A stretch of DNA of 64,000 bases, from positions 445,855 to 509,854 of the forward strand of contig JBAZGN010000001.1 of NCBI GenBank assembly GCA_041652815.1. The letters are read 5' to 3'. The position numbers were made by a program, and so were the translations under genes. This stretch comes from Candidatus Omnitrophota bacterium. GTDB taxonomy: Bacteria; Omnitrophota; Gorgyraeia; Duberdicusellales; 4484-171. Numbering within the stretch: position 1 is the stretch's first letter; each line of letters starts with the position of its first letter. Below, one piece after another: positions 56,043-64,000 of the stretch. The notes under the pieces were generated by a model, which was given only the letters and a program-made list of their open reading frames with translations, had not been told where the DNA came from and ran no database searches.

Positions 56043-57341
56043 ATGAAAATAACACTACTTAATGTAGAAAAGACAGGCGACAATAAAGACTTTAACGCAG
56101 GCTTTGGCACCGCCTTTCAGGTAGGCAGTTCCTTTGGGGCAAAGTTTTTAGAACGAATGAGATACGAAAGGGAATATTTGCCTTTATTGTCTTACGGATA
56201 TTTAGCGGCGATATTAAAACAAAACGGCCATACGGTTAGCTATGCGATAAACACTATACCAAAAGACGCAGATTTAATAATTATGCAGTGTTCGTTAATC
56301 CGGCACAATGCAGAACTTGATTTTATTAAAGCTATCAAAAAAAATACTAAAGCTAAAATAGGGTTGATAGGCCCTTTTGTCTCTGTTAGGCCGGATTTGT
56401 TCATTGAGCATGCAGATTTTATTGTTAAGGGAGAGTTTGAAGAAGTTGTTCTTAGGATGAAAGGCAGCTATATACCCGAAGGTATAGTTGAAGGCACCCC
56501 AATACAAAATTTAGATATTTTGCCTTTTCCCAATTGGAGCATTTTCCCTGTAAAGCTTTACTCCTGTAGGCCGCTACTACCTAAGATGCCTTTTATCTTT
56601 ATTCAGAGTTCACGAGGCTGTTCATATTCCTGTAATTATTGTCCATATAAAGTAGTTGGTACCTACAGAGAAAGAAGCATAGGAAATGTTATTGAGGAAA
56701 TCCAGTATCTCATAAAAGATTACGGGATACGTAGTTTCATGTTCAGGGACCCCTGTTTTTCTTTTAATACCCAAAGAACAATTGCTTTCGCTGAAGGGAT
56801 AGTAAAAAATAAAATTAAATTTGAATGGTGCTGCGAAACTCGATTAGATAGATTAGATAAAAAATTGGTTGATTTATTATATGCGTCCGGATTAAGGGCC
56901 CTTAAAGTAGGAATTGAATCAATAGATGACAACGTTTTGAAATTTCAGAAACGAAAACCAATCAACATAAAACATCAGGAAAATATTATTAATTATTGTG
57001 ATAAAAAGGGTATTAGCGTGCTTGCTTTATACCAATTAGGGCTTGAAGAAGATACAAAAGAATCAATCCTTAAGACTATTAAGTATGCTAAAAAACTAAA
57101 TACAGATTTTGCCAATTTTACGATATGTACCCCAATACCCGGTACGGAATATTATGATCAGATAAAAGACAGGATATGCGAAAAAGACTGGGAAAAATTC
57201 AATAATTTTTATCCAGTCTTTAAACATAAAAATCTTTCCAAGGATGAGCTTATCGCGTTTCAGGAAAAGGCAATTGTTTCTTACTATATAAGGCCGAAGC
57301 TTATATTTAGGCATTTATTAAGGAGTTTTAAATGCTATTAG
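56043..57341 (+). CDS. B12-binding domain radical SAM protein (class B)
   Basis: QSSRGCSYSCNYCPY cluster after an N-terminal B12-like domain, 432 aa. Confidence 0.75.
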   Translation: MKITLLNVEKTGDNKDFNAGFGTAFQVGSSFGAKFLERMRYEREYLPLLSYGYLAAILKQNGHTVSYAINTIPKDADLIIMQCSLIRHNAELDFIKAIKKNTKAKIGLIGPFVSVRPDLFIEHADFIVKGEFEEVVLRMKGSYIPEGIVEGTPIQNLDILPFPNWSIFPVKLYSCRPLLPKMPFIFIQSSRGCSYSCNYCPYKVVGTYRERSIGNVIEEIQYLIKDYGIRSFMFRDPCFSFNTQRTIAFAEGIVKNKIKFEWCCETRLDRLDKKLVDLLYASGLRALKVGIESIDDNVLKFQKRKPINIKHQENIINYCDKKGISVLALYQLGLEEDTKESILKTIKYAKKLNTDFANFTICTPIPGTEYYDQIKDRICEKDWEKFNNFYPVFKHKNLSKDELIAFQEKAIVSYYIRPKLIFRHLLRSFKCY

Positions 57342-58216
57342 TGACGGGCGCCAGCGGATTTGTCGGACGGCATCTTTTAGAAAAACTAATTAAAAAGGGA
57401 GTAAAAGTAAGATGTCTGGTCAGGAATAGGAATAAGGTTAATTTAACGAATCCTAACTTAGAAATTATTGAAGGTGATATTTTAGATCAACATATTATAG
57501 ATAAAGCCACAGAAAACATTGATTTAGTAATTCATCTTGCAGCTGTAATAAAATCTTCAAATCCGGAGAGAATTAGAGAGGTAAATATTGGGGGTACGAC
57601 AAAAATAATTTCAGCCTGCCGTAAGAATAAAGTAAAGAAAATAATCCATATTAGTTCTTTAGATGCCGCCTTAGGCATTACTAACCTTTACGGTACTACA
57701 AAAAAAATTAGCGAAGAAATTGTTAAGAAATCAGATATTAAGTATATAATATTAAGGCCATCATTAATATATGGAGAAGGCTCTAAAGATATAACTGCAT
57801 TAGCGCGAATTGTTAAAAAATATCCTATAATTCCCATAATAGGCAATGGCAAATTGCAGCCGCTATATATTGATGATTTTTGTGAACTGATAGTTAAAAT
57901 GATTGATGGCGATGTGCAGGATAAGGTTTATTTTGTAGGAGGCAAAGAACAGCTTACCTTGGGACAATTAGCGGATAAGATAGCAGCTTTAAATGGCAAA
58001 AAAATAATAAAAATTTATATACCATTAGAAATATTTTGGCTACCGCTCAAAATATTTAACATATTTTCGAGAAATTCGCAGTTAAGTTATGATTCTTTAA
58101 AATTACTTAAGTTTAATAAAATCTGTGATATAGGCGAGGCAAAAAGAGATTTTAATTTTACACCGATGAGCATAGATGAGGGTTTGCGTTTAATGGCGCA
58201 ATTAGGCTTTAATTGA
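57332..58216 (+). CDS. NAD(P)-dependent SDR-family epimerase/reductase
   Basis: MLLVTGASGFVGRHLLEKL Rossmann fold, 294 aa. Overlaps the upstream gene end. Confidence 0.65.
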   Translation: MLLVTGASGFVGRHLLEKLIKKGVKVRCLVRNRNKVNLTNPNLEIIEGDILDQHIIDKATENIDLVIHLAAVIKSSNPERIREVNIGGTTKIISACRKNKVKKIIHISSLDAALGITNLYGTTKKISEEIVKKSDIKYIILRPSLIYGEGSKDITALARIVKKYPIIPIIGNGKLQPLYIDDFCELIVKMIDGDVQDKVYFVGGKEQLTLGQLADKIAALNGKKIIKIYIPLEIFWLPLKIFNIFSRNSQLSYDSLKLLKFNKICDIGEAKRDFNFTPMSIDEGLRLMAQLGFN

Positions 58217-58231
58217 ATTTAGCAGAAAATT

Positions 58232-59659
58232 ATGGCGAAGATATTACTTATTAATCCTTCCTGGCGGCCGACATATAAGAATATACTTGGTTCTATCGGC
58301 GTTCCTTTTTTCCCTGTCTTGGGTTTATCTACCATAGCAGCCGAAGCGAAAAATAAAGGACATAAAGTAGAAATTCTAGACCTTTCATATAGAGAATATA
58401 ATCCCGATTTGGTATACGAGCGCGTCAGAAATAACTCTTATGATATTGTTGGTTTTACCGGAACAACGCCTTTGTTTGCTCAGGTGATACAGCTTTCCAA
58501 GGGTATTAAGAAAATAAGTAAAAATATATTTACTATAGGTGGAGGCTCGCATTGTTCTGCTTTGCCTGAAAGGTCAGTAGAAGAGGCAGATTTAAATGCT
58601 GTTTGCGTAGGGGAAGGAGATTTTATATTAACTAAAATAGCAGATGGAATGCCTCTTTCAAAAATTCCCGGCTTAGTCTACAGAGACGTTAACGGACAAA
58701 TTATCAGAAATCCAGCGAGTGAATGGATAGATGATTTAGACAAACTTCCTCTGCCTGCCTGGGATTTATTTGATATTAAAGAATATCTTCCTTATACTTC
58801 ACGTTTATTGGGTAAACGACCGCCTGTCTGTTTTTTTGAAACTACGAGAGGCTGCTTATTCCAATGTGACTATTGCGCAAGCAAATTAACGAAAGGAAGA
58901 GGATTACGGAAAAAATCCGTAAACAGAGTAATTGAAGAAATACACTATATGAAATCTTTAGGTTTTAATGAATTTTTTATCTGTGATGATATATTTACAA
59001 CCGATGTCGAACGTACAAAAGAAATTTCAAGAAGAATAATCAGTGAAAAAATAGATATGGCGTGGCAATGCCAAAACGGCATTCGTGTAGATTCAGGAGA
59101 TGATGAGATGTTTAAGCTTATGCGTAAGGCCGGTTGCTATAAGGTTGCCTTTGGTTTTGAATCCGGAAATGATAAGGTGCTAAAGGAATTCGGCAAAGGT
59201 GGAAGGGCTTCAATTGAAAAAGCTTTTGCAACGGTAAAAATGGCGAGAAAAGCAAATATAGATGTATTTGGTTACTTTATGATCGGCCTTTTAAACGACA
59301 CGGAAGAAACCATGCGCGATACTATTGAATTTGGCAGAAGATTACAGCCGGACATATTAAAAATAAGCACCTGTATCCCTTTCCCTGGTACAAAAATGTT
59401 TAACGAACTGAAAGAACGCAATCTTTTAAAAGTTTATGACTGGGAATGCTATAACATATACAGAGCACAGGATTTCTTCGAACATCCCAATCTTAAGTGG
59501 GAAACTGTCGAAAAATATTACAAGTTGGCATATAAGCGTATGATTTATACTAACCCTGGTTTTATCATGCGCCGGTTGATAAAGTCTATCAAGAGAGGAG
59601 AATTATTTTACGATATTTATTATTTTTTTAAATTTATGCTGGCAGGCGGAAAAATCTAA
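58232..59659 (+). CDS. B12-binding domain radical SAM protein (class B)
   Basis: ETTRGCLFQCDYCAS cluster with N-terminal B12-binding fold, 475 aa. Confidence 0.8.
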   Translation: MAKILLINPSWRPTYKNILGSIGVPFFPVLGLSTIAAEAKNKGHKVEILDLSYREYNPDLVYERVRNNSYDIVGFTGTTPLFAQVIQLSKGIKKISKNIFTIGGGSHCSALPERSVEEADLNAVCVGEGDFILTKIADGMPLSKIPGLVYRDVNGQIIRNPASEWIDDLDKLPLPAWDLFDIKEYLPYTSRLLGKRPPVCFFETTRGCLFQCDYCASKLTKGRGLRKKSVNRVIEEIHYMKSLGFNEFFICDDIFTTDVERTKEISRRIISEKIDMAWQCQNGIRVDSGDDEMFKLMRKAGCYKVAFGFESGNDKVLKEFGKGGRASIEKAFATVKMARKANIDVFGYFMIGLLNDTEETMRDTIEFGRRLQPDILKISTCIPFPGTKMFNELKERNLLKVYDWECYNIYRAQDFFEHPNLKWETVEKYYKLAYKRMIYTNPGFIMRRLIKSIKRGELFYDIYYFFKFMLAGGKI

Positions 59660-59706
59660 TCATAAAATTAATTATATATTGATAGTAAAATAAGGACTTT
59701 AATCGG

Positions 59707-60864
59707 ATGAAGAAAGTAAACTGGGACACTTTTAACAATGACGAGGAAATCATAACTTATTTGCGCAGTCTTTCTCGCTATAGAAATACTGCTTTTAAGT
59801 CAGCGTTTAGCCGGGGAAAATTCTTTTTTAAACTTTTATACTGCCGATTATTTAAAATCGATAAGCCCCTATTTATTGTTTTGGTTACCAATAATAAATG
59901 TAATTTAAAATGCAGATATTGTTATGGAGATTATGGAAACCGCACCGACGATAAAGATTATTCTACGAAAGAATTGTTAAAGTTGATAGATGAATTAAAA
60001 GAAATAGGAACTCAGCTGATTACAATGCATGGAGGAGAATCTTTGTTGCGTAAAGATATAGGTGAGATAATTAATTACGCAAAACATAAAGGATTCTATA
60101 TAAGTTTCAATACTAATGGTTACCTTGTTCCTAATAGAATAGCGGACTTAGAATGTCTAGATACCATGGTGTTTAGTTTAGATGGAATGGAAGAAAGTAA
60201 TGATAAAAATAGAGGAAGGGGATGTTTTAAAAAAGTTATGGAAGCCATAAGTATAGCTCAGCAGAATAACATACCCTGTGTTATCTCGGCAACCTTAACA
60301 AGGGATAATATGCAAGATATGGAATTTCTTGCAGAGTTGGGATTAATGAAAAATATCAGAATACAATACAGCATACTTTATAATTCGCCTGTTCTCAAAG
60401 ACAAATGTTCCGATATGGTTATGTCTGATAAAGAAATTAGAGAAGTTGTCAGAAAGATATTATCCCTTAAAAAGAAAGGGCATCCAATTTATTATTCCGA
60501 TAATGTTTTGGCGGCAGCGATTAACTGGCCCGTTCCTATCGATGAAAAACCATACTTTGCCACCAAGGATAAAGCAATATATAAAAACCATAAATTAGTA
60601 TATTGTTATCATGGCAAATTAAAATACCAGATAGACGCTGACGGCCGCGTAATTACCTGCTGGGTCCATGATAACGCCCATGCTCCTAACGTGAAAGAAC
60701 TTGGCGTTGCGAAAGCAATAAAAAAGTGCCACAGTGACAATAATTGTAAGCATTGCGCTTTTTTAGCGAATAACGAGCATAACGCGCTTATGCATTTGAG
60801 CCCCAGAAATATTTTGAATAATTTTTTTATCCAGGTTAGCGACGCTTTTAAAATAAAAAATTAA
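59707..60864 (+). CDS. Radical SAM protein with C-terminal SPASM/twitch-like Cys cluster
   Basis: VTNNKCNLKCRYCYG core. C-terminal CWVHD...CHSDNNCKHCAF cluster. Confidence 0.7.
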   Translation: MKKVNWDTFNNDEEIITYLRSLSRYRNTAFKSAFSRGKFFFKLLYCRLFKIDKPLFIVLVTNNKCNLKCRYCYGDYGNRTDDKDYSTKELLKLIDELKEIGTQLITMHGGESLLRKDIGEIINYAKHKGFYISFNTNGYLVPNRIADLECLDTMVFSLDGMEESNDKNRGRGCFKKVMEAISIAQQNNIPCVISATLTRDNMQDMEFLAELGLMKNIRIQYSILYNSPVLKDKCSDMVMSDKEIREVVRKILSLKKKGHPIYYSDNVLAAAINWPVPIDEKPYFATKDKAIYKNHKLVYCYHGKLKYQIDADGRVITCWVHDNAHAPNVKELGVAKAIKKCHSDNNCKHCAFLANNEHNALMHLSPRNILNNFFIQVSDAFKIKN

Positions 60865-60876
60865 TATATTAAAAAT

Positions 60877-61680
60877 ATGATTTATTATATTGTGATAGGT
60901 TCATCTAGGGGGTTGGGGTCGGCATTGGTTGAGGAATTGCTGAGGCAAGAGCATTGCCAGGTTATCGGGGTAGCCCGAACAACACTCAAAGACATAAAAG
61001 GTCACGAAAAATGGATAGCTTCAGGAAGGTATCGTCATGTCGAAGCGGATATATCTTCTTCTCGATGCCACCAGATTCTAAGTTCTGTTGCCAGGAACTT
61101 ATCCCCTAGCCCCATATGTATAATTTTCAATTCCGCACACATAGAAAAGGATATTAATCCAGATAATAAATCTATTAATTATGTTGCTTTTGAGCGAGTA
61201 AACCGCGTAGGAATTGATGGTCTGGGAAATATTCTTTTTATTTTCCAGGAGCATTTATTAAGATACGGGGGGGTTTTTGTAGGTATTTCTTCTTTTTGGG
61301 GTACCATTCCCCCTCTTTTTTTACCATGGGTAGCTTATCCAGCTTCCAAAGCCTATTTAAATATAGCCCTACGCTGTCTTAGGGTGTGGTGGCGTGGACG
61401 CATTAAAGTATTGATTGTAAACATAGGTAACATTGGTAAAGACACTTCATTGCCTAAGTGGATAGTGCCGACCTATTCTATGGCAGCCAGAAAAATTATT
61501 TATTCTCTCTCGATAAAGAAAATACCCAGGGTGATTAATTATCCCTTTTGGCACGCAGTAGTTTATCTATATATTTTAAGATTTATTCCTGAAATATTTT
61601 ATTTATGGATATTTAAATTATACTTTAGGTTCCAGCCACCCCAAAAGAAATCAGAGAAAAGTAACAAGATAGATGTTTAA
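60877..61680 (+). CDS. Short-chain dehydrogenase/reductase family protein (divergent)
   Basis: IGSSRGLGSALVEEL matches the glycine-rich SDR motif. The C-terminal half is hydrophobic and atypical. Confidence 0.55.
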   Translation: MIYYIVIGSSRGLGSALVEELLRQEHCQVIGVARTTLKDIKGHEKWIASGRYRHVEADISSSRCHQILSSVARNLSPSPICIIFNSAHIEKDINPDNKSINYVAFERVNRVGIDGLGNILFIFQEHLLRYGGVFVGISSFWGTIPPLFLPWVAYPASKAYLNIALRCLRVWWRGRIKVLIVNIGNIGKDTSLPKWIVPTYSMAARKIIYSLSIKKIPRVINYPFWHAVVYLYILRFIPEIFYLWIFKLYFRFQPPQKKSEKSNKIDV

Positions 61681-61750
61681 GGAATCCGAGAGAATAGAGT
61701 TCGGAACAAGGATAATATTATTAAGATGAGTTATGTTGCAACTAAAAAGG

Positions 61751-62329
61751 AGGAAGGCAATGGATAAAGAGGTTGATTTGGAACATTTTAAGAATTTTAA
61801 ATATGATGTAGTGATAAAAAAAAGAGGAAAAAAATTCGTTTTAGTTATTCCTGAATTAGGTATTATCGAAGAAGATGATAATCTCGAAAAAGCATATCAA
61901 AGAGTAGAGGCCGGAAAAGAAAAACATTTTCAAAAAATTATACAGTTTGACTTACAGGATGAAATCGTGGAACCTAAAAAAGTAATAGCAGAGAAGCTGG
62001 ATAGCAAAAAAATATTTATTACGAATATTGCTATTTTTGTAACTAAAGTCATAATAATTCTTTTTATAGCTACTTTAGCTGTGAATTTTATATCAGACCG
62101 TATAGGAAATATCACAAGTGTCTCCATAAGCCAATTTGTTAACGAGAAAGCGAAGAGTTGTTACAACAGATTGCACGATATCCCGGATGAAAAAATTGAA
62201 AAAACAAAGCTTCAGGTGCGCAATGCGATAAAAAAGTTTAAACCGATTCTTAACGAGTTTAAGGTTTTACTGCATGATGATGCTCAGCAAAACGCCGCTG
62301 CTGTTTCCCCGGGAAATAGCAATGAATAA
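61751..62329 (+). CDS. Hypothetical single-pass membrane protein
   Basis: ATG 61751 after AAGGAGGAAGG. One hydrophobic helix (IFITNIAIFVTKVIIILFIATLAV). No recognised domain. Confidence 0.4.
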   Translation, partial: RKAMDKEVDLEHFKNFKYDVVIKKRGKKFVLVIPELGIIEEDDNLEKAYQRVEAGKEKHFQKIIQFDLQDEIVEPKKVIAEKLDSKKIFITNIAIFVTKVIIILFIATLAVNFISDRIGNITSVSISQFVNEKAKSCYNRLHDIPDEKIEKTKLQVRNAIKKFKPILNEFKVLLHDDAQQNAAAVSPGNSNE

Positions 62330-62362
62330 GTAATTATAAATTAAAGCCGATACTTCAAAGTT

Positions 62363-63916
62363 ATGATTTTAATTAATTCATCGCCAAAAGATGCTTTAAA
62401 AATATTCCAGCCGTTTTTACCCATATTTGTGCCGGTAGGCATTGGATGTTTACTTTCTGCTGCCGAAAAAGAAAAGATCGCGGTTAAATACATAGACGAG
62501 CAGGTAGAGGATGACACTTTGGCTTTAGTAGAAAAATATACCAAAGAAATGCAACCGCCATATATCTTTGGTTTTAGTGTTTTAACCGCCGCGTTTAAGG
62601 AAGCGCTTTTTATATCTCGTGAATTAAAAAAAAGATATCCCGATTCTTTTATAGTATTCGGCGGCGTTCATCCGACCGCAATGCCGCAAGAAGTATTGTG
62701 GCATAAACACATAGATATTGTTATAACCGGAGAGGGCGAGAAAACGTTAATTGAACTATATAAACATATCAAAAACAAAAAAGAATTTACGCACCTGGAA
62801 AATATTTCTTTTAGAAATAATGGCAGTATTGTTAATAATAAACGCGCTTTCAAATTGGATAATCTTGATACTTATCCGAAGTTTCCCTATCATCTTTTTT
62901 CTACTAAAAAATATGATTTAGGCTTTGTCTTAAGTTCTCGAGGTTGTCCTTATGAATGTATCTTTTGCAGTAATCGCGTTACAACCGGCAGACAATATAG
63001 GTATAGGTCAGCCGGAGTTATCGTTGAAGACTTGGAAATGTTATATAGGCAATATAATAAAAGGTCGATACTATTTTTGGACGACAACTTCTTGGTAAAT
63101 AAAGAAAGGATATATTTGCTCATAGATGAAATAAAAAAGAAAGGATTAGATAAAAAAATGATATTTAATTTCCAGGCCAGAGGAGATAATGTTAATTACG
63201 GAATTTTAAAAGATTTACATGATTGCGGATTCAAAAGTATTTTTTTTGGTATAGAAACTTCTAACGAAGAAATTATGAAGATAATCAAAAAGAATGAAAC
63301 GGTTACTCAGTGTGTAGATGCTGCCAAGCTGGCGAAGAAAATCGGTTTTCATGTGAGCGCGACATTCATTTACGGTTTACCTAAAGAGACCCGTGAAGAT
63401 AGGTTAAATTGTGTTAAATTAAGCAAAGAGATAGGTTTAGATATGGTTAGGTATAATAATGCAACCCCTTATCCGGGAACGGAGTTGTATGAGCTTGCAA
63501 AGAAAGAAGGCCGCCTGAACGTCCAGGGTGTATATGAGAATTTTAATTCCGTATCTACGTTTATTGAAAACCCTTTTAAAAAAATACCTTTTTCTTATGT
63601 TCCGCAGTGCTCTAGCGAAGAAGAAATCCGCAGAGATATATTGTTCAGCTATTTTAGTTATTACCTTGACTGGCGAAGGATTAAACAGATATTTGCAAGG
63701 CCTGATTTAGGTGTTGGATGGTTTAATGCCGGCAGTAATTTGATGGAATTTTTAAAGAAATTACCTTCGCTTGTCTTTTTGGGCGCAATGATTATAAGTA
63801 AATTCTGCCAATTGTTTTACTTTATAGTTTTAAGAAAAAATACGCGTATTTCTTTAAAATGTTTTTTTAAAGTTTTCGACGGTCTTTTGTGCAAAGAAGT
63901 CGAAAGTAATCCTTAA
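62363..63916 (+). CDS. B12-binding domain radical SAM protein (class B), paralog of 37824..39332
   Basis: SSRGCPYECIFCSN with KFPYHLF...RYRSAGVIVEDLE, closely parallel to 37824..39332. Confidence 0.8.
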   Translation: MILINSSPKDALKIFQPFLPIFVPVGIGCLLSAAEKEKIAVKYIDEQVEDDTLALVEKYTKEMQPPYIFGFSVLTAAFKEALFISRELKKRYPDSFIVFGGVHPTAMPQEVLWHKHIDIVITGEGEKTLIELYKHIKNKKEFTHLENISFRNNGSIVNNKRAFKLDNLDTYPKFPYHLFSTKKYDLGFVLSSRGCPYECIFCSNRVTTGRQYRYRSAGVIVEDLEMLYRQYNKRSILFLDDNFLVNKERIYLLIDEIKKKGLDKKMIFNFQARGDNVNYGILKDLHDCGFKSIFFGIETSNEEIMKIIKKNETVTQCVDAAKLAKKIGFHVSATFIYGLPKETREDRLNCVKLSKEIGLDMVRYNNATPYPGTELYELAKKEGRLNVQGVYENFNSVSTFIENPFKKIPFSYVPQCSSEEEIRRDILFSYFSYYLDWRRIKQIFARPDLGVGWFNAGSNLMEFLKKLPSLVFLGAMIISKFCQLFYFIVLRKNTRISLKCFFKVFDGLLCKEVESNP

Positions 63917-64000
63917 CCGGCCCAAGCCTTATGAGCGTTTTTATTTTTAGCTTACTTTTAACCGTAACTGCTTTTGTTGCTCACTTCATCGTCTGGAAAA

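Noticed and set aside
63528-63710. 60-aa + strand ORF in an alternative frame near the end of the last B12 radical SAM gene
   Set aside because: It is internal to a well-supported CDS in another frame.

Overview
This 64-kb window is low-GC bacterial DNA in which every confident gene lies on the + strand. A predicted LptD places it in a diderm organism, and the many B12-dependent radical SAM genes suggest an anaerobe. About 60 genes are called in three blocks.

- **1-13.4 kb, housekeeping.** rho, rpmE, prfA, prmC and murA are followed by a trp operon in the order trpG-D-C-F-B-A; trpE is not in the window, and a small membrane ORF sits between trpB and trpA. An M16 peptidase, rsfS, a HypA-like protein lacking its zinc finger, riboflavin synthase and a tRNA-Pro(CGG) follow.
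- **13.7-36 kb, sugar-nucleotide supercluster.** ROK glucokinase, transaldolase and lptD are followed by ugd and uxs (UDP-xylose), rmlA/B/D plus a cupin isomerase (dTDP-6-deoxyhexose), and a WbpA-like dehydrogenase. There are several SDR epimerases, four DegT/WecE aminotransferases, a domain-swapped HldE with gmhA (heptose), and a split transketolase.
- **36-64 kb, glycan assembly and modification island.** Eight radical SAM enzymes (five B12-binding class B and three SPASM/twitch) are interleaved with three GT2 polyprenol-phosphate glycosyltransferases and four large polytopic GT-C-like membrane proteins (two YfhO-like). Two of the membrane proteins carry a shared CBM4/9-like domain. A SAM methyltransferase, a WbqC-like protein and SDRs are also present. 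This island is the strongest candidate for an undescribed system.

The window also carries several families of short GC-rich palindromic repeats.

- A ~95-bp GCGGAT-rich imperfect palindrome occurs four times at gene 3' ends, and in three copies the upstream ORF reads into it to give an EADTR(G/A) tail.
- CACAGAT arrays occur twice.
- A ~62-bp element occurs once beside the tRNA and once in-frame inside a DegT gene.
- A separate GC-rich ~96-nt in-frame insert lies in prmC.

No CRISPR array, integrase or transposase was seen.
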